From Phaeosaccion multiseriatum (taxonomy: Eukaryota > Protista > Ochrophyta, other classes): DNA of 64,000 bases. The position numbers and the translations under genes are program-made. The stretch spans positions 1,426,001 to 1,490,000 of the forward strand of contig OZ218954.1 of NCBI GenBank assembly GCA_965112735.1, written 5' to 3'. The notes beneath the pieces were generated by a model that ran no database searches, was not told where the DNA came from, and worked only from the letters and a program-made list of their open reading frames with translations. Of this stretch, positions 43,547-56,476 are shown piece by piece; the stretch's first letter is position 1, and the number at the start of each line of letters is the position of its first letter.

Positions 43547-45601
43547 ATGGATGCAATAACTCGAGTGCGCACCACCACGGCTGAGGTCATGAAGAAGGCC
43601 GCACATGTCAAAATCAGCAGGCAAGAGTGCCTCTCTCTCTCGGTTTAAAGGTTCGCTCAGAAGAAATTGTCTCTCGTGGCTCATGACTCGTGGCTCCTCC
43701 TCCCCCACACACGCCCCCTCTCATCCCCCCTATCTCTAGTGCCGGAGTGGAGGGACTGGCCAAGGACTGGGGGGAGCGGGCGAAGAGCGGGCCCCTGATA
43801 GGGGGCGACGTGGGGTGGTCGGTGAGTGAAGAAGGCGAGTTCTGCAAGGAAGAAAGGTGCTCATCTGCCCTCCCTCGTTCCTTTGTTTTGCGATACTTAC
43901 AGAATTGCGGCTGGCACTATGAAGCAGACGTTGGGAAGGCGGGCCCTGCAACGGCGCAGTACGTGTTTGTGCTTGACGCCCTCAACTGTACGTGCCGTAA
44001 TAGACGGACGGAGGCAAGGCAGGGTGGGCAAGGGCTCTGCGCCTGCACTTGCAGCGGGGGGATGCACGTCTACTTGTCTTATCCTCCCCTCTGTTTGGGT
44101 TCCCTTGCTTGTTTCCCTTCTTCACACGTCGATCAGTTTGCTTCTGGCCAACACCTGGACTGGAGTACGTGCACCTGGCTCTGGGGTAAGTTAATTAGGA
44201 GGAAGTATAGAAGGAAGAGTGGCAGAGCCAGCGGTGTCGATTTCGACACTCGCTACCTCTTTGGTTAAGTGAATGAGTGATTAATGCCCGCCGATATCCC
44301 AGTTGTGGCTCTCCCCTCAGAAGCCTCGCAGATGCCTCCCCCCCCCCACCACAACTACTCCAAATGCCCTACATCCCTGACACGCTCGCTACCTGTTGAT
44401 TCTGTGCCATTCCGGCACCTCGCATCATCACACCCCTTAGGCTGAAGGCAGCCCTGACAGCCGACCCGGAGGCGTTCTCGGCAAGGGCATTGCAGGCAGT
44501 GACTCCACAGAAACTGCTCGAGTGGGTACCCGATTTCGCCATTCCCGAGCCGGAGGAGCGCTGTCAGAAACTGCAAGAATTGGGGGCGGTGCTGGAAGAG
44601 CGGTTTCAGGGACTCGCGGCCAACTTAGTGGCCGCCGCAGGTATGGAGCAGGGCGATGGGGTGCTACGAAAGGGCACGAATGAGAGAGAATGTGAGGGCA
44701 TTTTCAGATTTCCCTCAGGGTCGACGAAGTTGCTGCTCCTCGCCCTTCCGCTGCCACCTCCTCTCATCCACTGTCCTGACACCCACTCACCCTCTGTCCT
44801 GACACCCACCCACCCTCCGTCCTGACACACACACACCCTCTGTCCCGACACCCGTACTCAGGTGGCTCGGCGGTGAAACTTGTTGACCTCATCACGGCGT
44901 ACTTGCCGGGCTTTCGTGACGAGAGCGTATACCGCGGCAGGCAGTGCTTCTTCTACAAGAGGGCCCAGATCCTCGTCGGCGACCTTTGGGCGGCTTACGG
45001 ACAGCAAGTAGACACCAAGGCCCACCCCTTTGCGTTTACAGACATGCCGTGTCTGACCATGTTCGCAGACTACAGGCAAGTATGCAAGCGAGCCAGGTAC
45101 TCTCTTTGAATTGAATCCAATCCCTGGTCCTATTCGTGTTGTGGCCGTGAGACTCGAGAGCCCACCTACCTACCCACTTCGCCACCCACCCACGCACACA
45201 CGCACACACCCAGTTCTCACCTGCTCATCTGGGAATCCCACTCTTTCCTGCAATGCTCGTGTGTGTGTGTGTACACGTGCCTCTCTCGTACGTGCAGGGT
45301 TCCTCAGATCCTCGTGCATGTTGGTGTGTTGGACTACTCAACAGAGCTATCACAGCGCATAGCCAAGAGGGAGGAGATAGCCTCGGGCAGCGAGGAAGAG
45401 GTGGAGATTCGAGCGGCGACGGTGGTGGCCGTGGAGAAAATCAAGGAGGCTTTGGGCAAGCAGCTGCTGCTTTTGGACGAGGCTGCCGCTGATACGCCTC
45501 CTCTTCTCTCGGTGGAGGTGGACTGGCTGCTGTGGCATGAAGGAGAAGCGATGAAGGAGGAAATGCTGCCCCACCATAGAACGAGAACAGTGTTTTATTA
45601 G
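43547..45601 (+). CDS. QNG1: Queuosine salvage protein (queuosine 5'-phosphate N-glycosylase/hydrolase, DUF2419), 7 exons
   Basis: QYVFVLDALNFCFW, FRDESVYRGRQCFFYKRAQILVGDLW, LTMFADYRVPQIL, EEVEIRA, VDWLLW and HHRTRTVFY*. Confidence 0.93.
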
Positions 45602-45924
45602 CTTACAAGTCCAGGCAGACCGAAGGGAGAATGAGCGACGTACTGAGGGAGAGAAAGAGAGAGAGTGTGTGTGTGTGTGCCACTGGGGATTTTGCTCTTG
45701 TCGCTGCACCGCACCGCAGAGGGTACAAGCGAACGCGGGAGACGGCGCTTCTCGGTGGGCGGCGGGCGACGAGTGTGCCTGATCGCACAGCCATCACAAA
45801 GAGTTTGGGGCCCGTGAGGAGCGGGAGCAAGCCTTGCTTGTGTGGCAGTGGTGTGTGGTATTGTGGGTCCCTCCCTCTCTCTCTCCTTGTGGTGCATCGT
45901 GTTGGGGATCTCAGCAACCCCCAA

Positions 45925-46022
45925 TGTACTGGCCTGATGTACTGGTGTCTGGCCTGATGTACTAGTGTACTGGCCTGATGTACTAGTGTACCGGCCTGAT
46001 GTACTAGTGTACTGGCCTGGTG
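45925..46022. repeat. 21-bp minisatellite TGTACTGGCCTGATGTACTAG, about 4.5 copies
   Basis: Directly visible. Confidence 0.9.
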
Positions 46023-46253
46023 TGGGGTATGGTGCGGGGTGTGGACAAAGTCCCCAAGCGCCGTCCGCATGTATGGCACAGGAGCGAACTCCTCCTCGGC
46101 TCCAAAAAGAGGACATCCTCTTTAGTTCGGGGCTTTCCGCTCAGTCGCAAGGGCCACAGAAACGGAGACGGGCTGTTGGCCGATCATCGAGGGCGCCTCA
46201 TGGCAATCGGCAACTCAGGAAGCGAGCGGTGCTTTGTCCGAGCCCGTGCAACC

Positions 46254-46285
<32 letters not shown>

Positions 46286-46616
46286 GGAGGAAGAGGAGGA
46301 GGAAGCGGAGGAGGAGGAGCAGGAGGAGCAGGAGGAGGAGCAGCAGGAGGAGGAGCAGGAGCAGGAGGAGCAGGAGAGGGAGGAGCAGGAGGAGGAGGAG
46401 CCGGAGCAGCAGCCGCCGCCCCAGATCGCCTCGCGGGTAGCCGAAGGGCTGAGGGCGCCCGAGTGACTATCCCCCAACATACACACACATCCACAGAAGC
46501 AGATTTGCCTAGTACCTGGTATTTGTGATTGATACATGTATGGGATATCAATGATAAGAAAAGACCCTCTCCTCTCCTCTCTTCCGCCCCTCCGGCGCTC
46601 CGGCCCTCCCAGGCTC

Positions 46617-47112
46617 TCAGTCCCCCTCCGCCTCTCCTTCCCTCTCATCGACGTCATTGATGATGGCGCTTGCCTCCTTAGCCTCTGCTCCAGTCACCAC
46701 CACGACGTCATCCTCCTCCTCCTCCCCCTCCTTCTCCTCCTCCTCCTCCTCCTTCTCCTCCTCCTCCTCCTCCTCCTCCTCCTCCTTCCCCTTTCCCTCC
46801 TCCTCCTCCATATCCTCCTCCTTGGCCGTTGATTCTTCTTCTCTCCCATTTCTACTCACGAACCCCCCTGTAAGTCCTGCTTTGCAAGCCTTCCGAATCG
46901 TCTGTGAGCAACAGAACGAGAGGGGATGGTGAGAAGAAGAGGGGGGTGAGCGAAGCACGGTGGAAGCATGAAGCACAGTGGGGATGAGAGTCACCAAACA
47001 GCACACAGACACCATCCCTTGACTCCTCAACACTGCCCTTGATGAGGAGGGGGCTCTGGATGAGAGTCAGAGAGGGGGGGAGGGGGGAGAGAGCGAGAGA
47101 GAGAGGCAGAGA

Positions 47113-47178
<66 letters not shown>

Positions 47179-50100
47179 AAGAGAGAGTGCTTAAGGGTGG
47201 GGGGCTACTGACCTTCATCGAGTGAAGCAGCACGGCATTGGTCGGTGACCCCTCCGCCAGATACAGCAGCGGCCGAGCGGTTTTGACGAAGGTATCCGCC
47301 TCACTCACAAACAAGTACACCTCGTTGAGTTTGGGAAGCACGCCCTCCATCCTCTTGATACCAAACAAATAGCGAAAGTGACTGACAATGCGATTGACGA
47401 GCAGCTCCGGATCCCCTCTAAGCACCTGCTCTGCCCTCTTGTACAAGTGGTCGTGGTCCAAAAAGCCCTCCTCGGCGTGCACGAGTTGCTGCACCGCACG
47501 AAGGAGGTCGCGCTCACTCGACAGGTCTTCCGCTGCTGCCCCCCATCCTCCTCCTCCTCCTCCTCCTCCTCCTCCTCCCTTCCCTGTGTGATCCTGCTGT
47601 GCTTGGCGCTTGGAGAGTACAGAAGCCAGCTGCAAGGGCAAAGCAAAGCAAGCAACACCAAAGCAGGGCGAGAAGAGAGATACGGAGAAGTCGTAGCAGC
47701 TTAGTGAGCAGCAGCAGCAGCAGCAGCAGGGGGGGGGAGAGTATGGGGAAGTAGTCGTAGCAATAGCAGCAGTTGGTGATACAGCAGTAGCAGTATGGTG
47801 ATACAGCAGTAGCAGCAGTATCGGCGGTAGGTACCTGCGACTTAAAGACTGCCGCCTCCTGCCCCTCCCGCAGGTCGTCGATCCAGCCCTCCAAGATGCC
47901 CTCCACGTCCTCCATGGATCTCCTCGCCCCCTCTCCTCCTCTTCCTCCGGCAGACTCCCCTGCGCGTCCCGTCCGCCTAAGCTCATCATCAAAACCGAAC
48001 ACTCGAGAGCACACGCCTGCAAAGAAGGAGCGAAGGAAGAGGGGCGGGTTGCGTGAGAAGAGGGAGGGTACTCCTGTTCGTACTTGTAGGAACGGGGGCG
48101 AAGCCAGGCCCACTGATTAACGCCTTCTCCTCCCTCCTCTCTCCTCTCCTCCCTTCCCTTCCCCTCCCTCCCCTCCCTCTTGTCCCTCCCGCCCCGTGCC
48201 GTTTCCCCCAGACCCCAACACATACCACAACGTCATCCTTCCTTACCATTGACGAAGCGCTCCAACCTGGGGATGACCTGCACCACCTTGGTGAGCTTGC
48301 GAATGGAGGGCCCCAGCAGCGCCACATCCGTCAGTGACAGCGCCCGACAAGCATCCTCCAACACATTCACCGTGACCTCGGCGGGTAACAAGTCGAGCTT
48401 CTCCAAGCCGAGCCGATACTTCTCCTGGTCGCGTTGCATGAGATGCCTCGTATCGAGCCATCGGCGCATCTCCTTGAGATTGTTGGCCTCTCTCGCCTGC
48501 CCCACAGCCTCCGACAGTTTCGTCTCGAGGTGGGCCATCCGACGGCGGCTGGCGGCCCACTCCTTGGCGCTGGGCCTGGACGCCAGCTCGAGCTCCATAT
48601 TGGCAAAGTCCTACACAATACGTGCGGTGATGATGATAAAAGATTGCGTACGGTACGACGCAGCAGCAGGTACGGAGTGCATTATTCGTGAGAAGAGGCA
48701 ACAGGGGCGGAAGCCCAGACCCAGTTATATAAAACGGCGGGGGGGGGGGGGGCACGCGCTTTCGCTCTCTCTCTCCCTCTGTGCGTATGTGTGCGGGTGT
48801 ATGTGTGTGTGTTTGTATGTGTGTGTGTTTGTATGTCAAAGTACGCAAGCTCTTCCATCTCTCTTCTCTCACCTCTTCCAGCGCTTCCCTCCGTTGAGTG
48901 GCTTCCACCAACCGCTCCTCGAGGTCGTCCATTGCCTTCTGTCGCTTCGCCTCTCTGAGCTTGGCCATCCGGAGGCCCCGCTCCGCCTCCTCCATCCGGT
49001 TCCTAACGACCGTCCACTCCTCCCTCGGCACCCGCACCACACCGTCTCTGTCGTCAGTCATTGAAAGCCACTCCTCCGCCATGCTGGTGCCGCCTGCTGG
49101 TGCCGCATCGTCGTCACCTGCTGCAGCTGCTGCTGTTTCACCAACTCGTCGAGAGGCATGGCGCTCATTGTGTCTCAGAATGAAGTTCTCCTGTTCTCGC
49201 ACTTGTCCGCTGAGAGAGCGAACCTTCATGAAGTCGAGGGGGTAGGGACAAGTAGAGACAGTGGGGAGGGGTGGGGAGGGACAGCAGGGAGGGTGGAGGT
49301 GAGGGAGGAGTGAAGGGTGTAAGCGAGCCAAAATGCGCCTGAAAGGGGGGGGGGGGGCAGTGAGGAGGTGTTCGTTATTCACATCAACAGTACGTAAAAC
49401 ATACAACGACACACAAACACACGCACGCACACACACACACCTCAGTTCGAAGGCTGTGGACCTCCTTGGCCATTCCTTCATTCTTCCTTTGGTACACTCC
49501 GATGAGCGCGAGAGCCCTGGCCTCTCTCTCCCTGCTGCTGCCCCCACCAATCCCGGGCTCCAGTCCCCCGTTCCCTCCCTGCCTGCCTCCTCCAGCCCCT
49601 CCCGCTATGTCCCGCAGCAGCTCCTTCTCCTTCTCCTTGTCGCCCTTCTCCCTCTCCACTTGCGCGTGAAGCTTACTCTGGAGGCGCTCCAACAGAGTCT
49701 CTTTAGCCTTGACGCGGTGCTCGCTCAGCTTCACCTGCGTGTGGGACGGTGGGGAAGTGCGTGGGTGGATGGGTGGGTGGGTGGGTAGGTCAGTCAGTGA
49801 GTGAGTGAGTGAGAGAGAGAGGGAGAAGAGAGAGAGAGATAAAAGACAGAGGGGGGAGGAGAGAGATAGCAAATGGCAAAGGTAACAACACGACAAAGGG
49901 CAAACGGTAAAGCAGAACAACACCTCGTCCTCCCTGTCTGTTCCTGTCAGCAGCGCAATCAGAGGGCCTTCTCAAGCCTCAGTCCTCAGTCCTCACCCCA
50001 CCACCCACCTTTGCAGTGAGGTTGTGCACTTTGGCCTGCAGCTGTCGGATGTCCTCCCCGTCTCCCTCCTGCTGCGCCTCGAGTTCCTCTGAGAGCTCCG

Positions 50101-52315
50101 CCACTCGAGCGTCTGAGGCCTTGAGGGCTCTTCGCAGCTCCACCACGGTACGTGCCATGTTCTCCTCCTGTAGAGAGGGAGGGGGGGTGACATGAACGAA
50201 TGGGGGTTCGTGATATGAGAGATGAGCCAAGGACAAGGGAAGGACAAGCAAAGAAGAGATAGAGAAGACAACGAGAGAATGCAAAAGGGTGAGGGGGTGG
50301 GTTGTGAAGCGATCGATGTACATCAATACAGCCTGCCTCACATCGTAACTCGTAGCAGCCCACACACACACACACACACACACACGCACAACTACATACA
50401 CTCACACACACCTCTTTGTCCTCAGAGTGCCTGCGGCGTGCATCCACGTCCCTGAGCCTCACGTCCAGCCTCTCAATGGCCGCCCCTTGCTCCGAGTGCG
50501 AAGCAAGCGCGTCTCTCAGTGCCCGGACCACTCCCTCCTCGCCGCCTCCGCCGCCCTTCGCTAGAGGAGCGAAGCCTGCCTCCTGCAGCATCCCGCTCAT
50601 CACTTGCCAAGTCGCGGGCTCCGACTCAGGCTTAGGCTCAGGAGCCGGCTTTGGCTTAGGCTCGGGTTCATCGCCTTCTGTGGACCCACTCTGCGCGTTC
50701 TGCTCCCTCCTCTGCTCCGACGGCTGCTGCTCGGTGCCCTTGTCGCTGCTGTGCATAGCCCACGCCCTTGTGGGAAGCCCTGAACCGCCATCAATGCCAC
50801 CACCATCCTCCTTGCGCCCTCGTCCTCCTTCTCCTCCTCCTCCTCCTCCTCCTCCTCCTCCTCCTTCTCCTCCTCCTCCTCCTCCTCCTCCTCCTCCTCC
50901 TCCTCCGCCTGGTCGATGTTGCCAGTCAGAAAAGGTCATGGCGGAAGTCAAGGGCGCTCCCCCTCCTCCTCTGCCTCCCCCTGCAGGGGCGACTACCTTC
51001 CCTCCCGCGCCGCCCCCTCGAACAACATCCTCAAGCCCAAAGCCCAGCCCTCGATGGCTTCCCAAGCCCCGTCCTCCTCCCAGCGAGGATCCGAGTCGGG
51101 TAGTGGGTCTCCGCCCTTCAGCAGCAGTGCCTCCGTCTCTGCCTCCACCTGCGCGCCCCCCCTGATTCGGATCAGAGGATGTGCTCTCTTCTCCTTCATC
51201 TCCTCCTCTTCCCACCCCTCCTCCTCCAGCCTGCATTTGAGCGAGTTTCTGCTCAAGCTCGGCGAGTTTGTTGTCAAAGCTCTGAGGCTGCTGTGCAGGG
51301 GGACGGAGAACCATGGGCTTGGTCCCTTCCCCTCTCTCCTTTCGTTGCCCGCGCTGGTCCCACTGCTGCTGCTGCTCCTCCTCCTCCTCCTTTTCCTCCT
51401 TTGGATACGGAGGGGGGGGGGTGCTGGCATCAGCAGCAGCATTCGCGCCCATAGAAGCAGTGGTGGAGAAGCTGCCGGTGCTGCTCGCTTTCTTCCCGTG
51501 CCTCCTCCGTGCCCGTAAGATGGAAATGGCGCCCTTCCCTACCGCTTCTGCCGCTGCCTCCATCCCTTCCTCAACCCGAGGGGCAGCAGCTGTGCTTACG
51601 CTGCTTATGCTGCTGCTTACACTTCCCCTCACACTCCTCCTGCCACTGCTTGAGAAGAGGTCGATTGCCCCCGCGCTTCCCCTGCCTCGGAAAGACTTTC
51701 CCAAAGGCGCCTTCCCAGCCTCTCCGTCATTGCTGCCGCCACTGCTGCTGCTTCCGTCAAGCACAGCCCGCGCCGCAGCGGCAAGAGAAGCAGAGGCCGC
51801 CATTGGGCTCGCCGGCGGTCTGTGACTGCGGGAGGGGGCGTGCATGGCACCCAATCTCTCGGAGCTAAACACACTATCTTCCTCCTCGCCTCCTCCTCCT
51901 CCTCCTCCTCCTCCTCCTCCTCCTCCTCCTCCTCCTCCTCCCTCCCCGTTCTCGCTCGAGGAGGGACTTCCAAAATCCGCGGTCCGCTGTCCTTCCTGCA
52001 GCCGCTGCGGCAGACCTCTGTCCTTCCTTGTGATGTCCTCTGTCTCGCTACTTGTTGCACTACTCTTGCCTCCGCCTTTCCACCCACCACTCTCCTTGCC
52101 CTCGTTCGTTCCTGCTGCTGTCTCGCCCCCCTCGTCGCCGTCATCAGAGGAGCTAAACCCCGAGTCCTCCTCTCCTCCCAACCCCCCCCGCCCTCCTCCT
52201 TCCCATCTTGCCCTGCCTCCCCGTCCGAGTCATCTGACATGAGGCCTTGCACAAGTTTGTCGAGCGCGTCGTCGCCCATCTCTCCCTCCGAGCTCTCATC
52301 CTCTTCTCCCTGCAT
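46617..52315 (-). CDS. CEP70: Centrosomal protein CEP70-like, with a long low-complexity N-terminus and an apparent 1-nt frameshift in a G8 run
   Basis: Coiled-coil exons plus IVSHFRYLFGIKRMEGVLPKLNEVYLF, matching the CEP70 C-terminal signature. Introns are GT-AG. Confidence 0.78.
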
Positions 52316-52494
52316 TTTCACCACTCTCTTCCTACACCCGACACTCAGTCTACGTTTCTCCTGGCTTGTGACATTCCACTACGTCTACAGCGCCGTTCTG
52401 CCCGGCCGGGATGATTCAAATCCAGGAGTTTCCAGTTTCAGTTGGGGCGTGGAGGGGATGTAGGGGGATGTAGGGGGCGCGAGGGATCCCGAGG

Positions 52495-53113
52495 CTTCCC
52501 ACTCGCGTCTGTCTCTGTTGGTGCCGCCGCTTGATTGAAATAAGATGGGGAGCAAAGAGAAGGCTCTCGTCGCGGGCTTCACCACGGCCCTTGTGTGTAC
52601 CATCGGTGAGCTTCCATCCTCTTTTGATTGGTTTTCTTTCGTCGTCTCTCTAGCCATGACTAAGATTATTATGATCCGTCTGGTTACAGGTTACGTGCAG
52701 GTGTACCTGCCTTTTTACAGCAAGGAAGGGAAAGAGAGGGCTGCCAAGGTGCGGAGCGGAGCCATCAAGCCCAAATGAGATGCAGTCCCTCCCTCCCACT
52801 TCACTTCCCACTCGCGTCTGTCTCTGTTGGTGCCGCCGCTTGATTGAAATAAGATGGGGAGCAAAGAGAAGGCTCTCGTCGCGGGCTTCACCACGGCCCT
52901 TGTGTGTACCATCGGTGAGCTTCCATCCTCTTTTGATTGGTTTTCTTTCGTCGTCTCTCTAGCCATGACTAAGATTATTATGATCCGTCTGGTTACAGGT
53001 TACGTGCAGGTGTACCTGCCTTTTTACAGCAAGGAAGGGAAAGAGAGGGCTGCCAAGGTGCGGAGCGGAGCCATCAAGCCCAAATGAGATGCAGTCCCTC
53101 CCTCCCACTTCAC
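52495..53113. repeat. Perfect 309-bp tandem duplication upstream of CEP70
   Basis: 52495-52803 equals 52804-53112; identical ORFs at 52545 and 52854. Confidence 0.95.
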
Positions 53114-53308
53114 ATCAGCACACTGGGATCAAGAAGGGCTGGAGTCGGTAAGGGAAGAATCGAAGGAAACGAGGAGGTTAGCGACCTCCAGAAGGCCATT
53201 TGTGGTTTATTTCCCATTTCCTTCTACGTACGTCTCTTCCTTCACCACCCCAAGCCCAGCAGCACTGCTCAGTACACTGGGAAAGTAGGAAAGGTGATGG
53301 GGGGGCAA

Positions 53309-53458
53309 CAGGCTGGGCTGGGGTCGGTGAAGGAAGACTTGCGGCGATGACGGAATCCACTGCCGAAGACCCTCCTTCAGCTTGGCAACCGGGAGGGCCT
53401 TCGGCCGTGGATCTGTTCTTATTGGAAGTGCTCCTTCACCGACCCCAGCCAAAGTCTG
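53309..53458. ncRNA. Long imperfect foldback, pre-miRNA-like candidate
   Basis: 53316-53334 pairs perfectly (19 bp) with 53432-53450; 53355-53375 pairs 19/21 with 53392-53412. Expression is unknown. Confidence 0.35.
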
Positions 53459-54706
53459 CAGGGAAATGGAGAAAATTCGTTGCTCCTATAGCCCCTGAAG
53501 CGCCCGCCTGACGGTGATCGTGTTGGGAAGGCTGCGATTACCACCAGAGCCGCTATTGAACGCCGTAGAGAGGATGCTGCTGTTTGGGGAAAGGGCATGG
53601 CCGCCATCTGCCTTCTCGGGGGGGGGGCTGAGTCAACCAAGAGAGCGCAGGGGCGTGGTATGTGGATGGAACGCCAATAGGCAGCTTATTTCTGGTGCAG
53701 TTACGGTGGTAACGGGCGGTGCGTGTTCGGGCGTCTAGAGCCCTGTGACTGTGTCGGCAATGACTCTTTTTGTTGAGTCTTTCAGAGATATTATCATCAA
53801 CAACGGAGGCATCTGTCTCTTAAACTAAAGGGGGGACGAACACTTCACTCAGAAAGGTGGCCAACACGCCGTTTCTGAGTCGTGTATTGAGGCTGGGTTG
53901 TATGTGAGACTTACTGCGCTGCCTTGTTCTCCGATCGATGGTGATCGTGATTGTGCGAACGGCGTTCTTGGGCTGGACACGAGGCTATCTGAACCCTGGC
54001 GGGAAGTTTCACAATCACTTGAAAGAAAGGAGGCCCAGAGGTCCTCCACTCTGTTCGGGCTAAGAAGGCAGGGGCAGCGATGGCTGTGCATCGATGGGGC
54101 GGTGCTCGTGTCTGTCAAAGGCCCGCTGATCTGCGGTGGTCGCTTCGCCGCTTGCCTGTTTGGGGGAGCACTTAACCACATTACGAGCAGCTCGCGGTTC
54201 CCTCCATGTTTGCACGCACACTCTCCTGTCTCTCTCCTGTCTTTCTCCTGTCCGTCAGTCTTGCGCATACGGAGATGCGAGACGGGCTTTGGTTGAGAAA
54301 CGCGCGTTTCCAGTGTAGGAAGGTGGAGGGGGGTGACCAGCACAGGGCAGATGGGGATCAAAGTGCGCGTGATGGGTGTGGCGCTATCGGAAGCGCAGTG
54401 TAATAAGGAAACCTGTGAATGTCAAACTGTACATTGTTTCCTCGTCAGCTTCGCTCTTCGCTACACCCCTCTTCCGGTGAGAGAGACATGAGAAATCTTC
54501 TCTCTCCCTCTCGCGTGCCCTCACCTTCACTCTACGCTCTGCGGTACATTCCCATAGTGCGTCTTTATTTACAGCTCGAGGCCTTCTTCCTTTCGGACCA
54601 ATACCATACATGTAGACCCCCGTTCCTCCCTTCTGCACATGGCAGACAGCCCGCTACTACCACCACACCGATCTGCCTTCCTTCCTCCCCTCCCTTCTCT
54701 CCCTAT

Positions 54707-56361
54707 TCACTCAAGGAGGAGCGCCTGCTCCTCCTCCTCCTCCTCCTCCTCCTCCTCCTTGCCATCATCTTCGCTCAGCCACTTGCGCACCTGCTCCCAG
54801 ATACGCTCCCTCGCCTCCACAACCGCCTGTGAGTCGGAACCTTTGGAGGGGTGGGTCCAAAAGTGATGCGAGGCACCCCTCACACTGAGCACCACCTCTT
54901 CCTCCGGCGACGGCGGCGAGTGGTGGCACGGCGTAGGTTCGAGCACGCCCTGGGCATACCAAGGGTCGATGTCTCCGTTGGGGAATACGATGCGAGTGTG
55001 GCAGGCCCCACTCCCACCGTAAAACTCATTCGTATACGTCACCGCGTCTGTCACCTCTGCCGCGGTGATGCCAAAGGCCCGGCCGCACATGTCCAAGTCG
55101 TCCTGCAGTGTGTGTAGCCCCAGCGTGTAGGGACAACCTTCGCGCTCGCAGGGCTGGTAGAAGCCGAACTCCGTGCACGTTTGATACAGCCACGCCTATT
55201 GGGGGGCGGGAGTGGAGAGCAAGAAGCAGGCGGGAGGATGGCACCAGAAGTGACAAAGAGGATGGGTGGGCGGGTGGGTAAACGGGTGAGAGAAGAGCGA
55301 CAGGAGCTTACGTCACACGGAAAATGATGGGCGACCGACCGGTACGACAGGAAAGTATCCCCGTCGATTGTGCCACGTATCCACTGGCAGCGCACTTGGT
55401 TTACCATACAGTTGTATGGCACTTACTTACCCGGTCTGGGTTACTCGTGTCTGTCGGGTATGTCTCGGCAGCTTCGATAGCCTTGGCAAAGTCTTCGCAT
55501 TCCTCCGTCTCCTCTTCCTCCCCCTCCTTCCTTTGCAGCTGTACCACCAACTGCTGCTGCTGCCGCTGGGCCTGCCTGAGGTGTGCCAGCCGCTTGACAG
55601 GACAGCCGAGGCTCTCATCCGTCATAACGTCACACACCTTGGCGATGTTGCACAGGGGCTCTGTGTGGTGACGGAGGAGGAGGGGCAGCGGGGCAAAGGG
55701 TGGGAAGGGGGGGTCAGAAGAACGGATGGAAGAGGGGTAACAGACGGGAGGGGAGGGTCAGAAGAAGGTGCCGCAAGCACCTGTTGGGACGGGCAGTGAG
55801 CAGATGGCAAGCAAGCGCTTCGCAACATACGATGAGGGGCTTGTGCCTCCCCACACCACGCAGTTTGATGCACGGGTTGGTGATACATGTGATGCCTTCA
55901 GGGCGATCGGGGCGTGTGCTCGGTCAGTAAAATCAGGGCCATACACAACGAGCACCAACAAAGACAATGCATTCTGTGATCTACTGTCTGGAGGACAGGG
56001 GGGAGGGGGGTTGTTGTGTTTCACCCTTTCCTTGGAGGAGTGGGGACGATACCTCATCCAATCCAATCTCCAGTCTCATTTCATCTCACATCGAGTCATT
56101 TCATCCCCATGTTGTCCCCCCCCCCCTCCCTCCCCGAACTGGTCTCACCGGTACACGAAGGATCGTTCTCCTGCACGGGAAAGTAAACCACTCCATCACC
56201 GCTGAACAGCTTTTGTCCCTCCTGACGCTCCAGCGGAGAGGCGCTGCACAGGCCGAAGCTGCATCAAGTAAGAGAGGAGAGGCGAGGGGGGCAGGGAGAC
56301 ACCAGGGGGTCGTCAGGTAAGGAGGAGGAGGAGGAGGAGGAGGAGGAGGAGGAGGAGGATG

Positions 56362-56412
<51 letters not shown>

Positions 56413-56428
56413 GTGGTGATGATGATGG

Positions 56429-56476
<48 letters not shown>

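Noticed and set aside
46200-46466. Ala/Glu-rich ORF on the + strand between QNG1 and CEP70
   Set aside because: Consists mostly of (GCA)n and (GGA)n repeats with no domain evidence.
53640-54300. Possible small spliced minus-strand gene (acceptor ~54050, GTAAGT donor ~53910)
   Set aside because: Splice-like signals exist, but there is no recognisable product or coherent full ORF.
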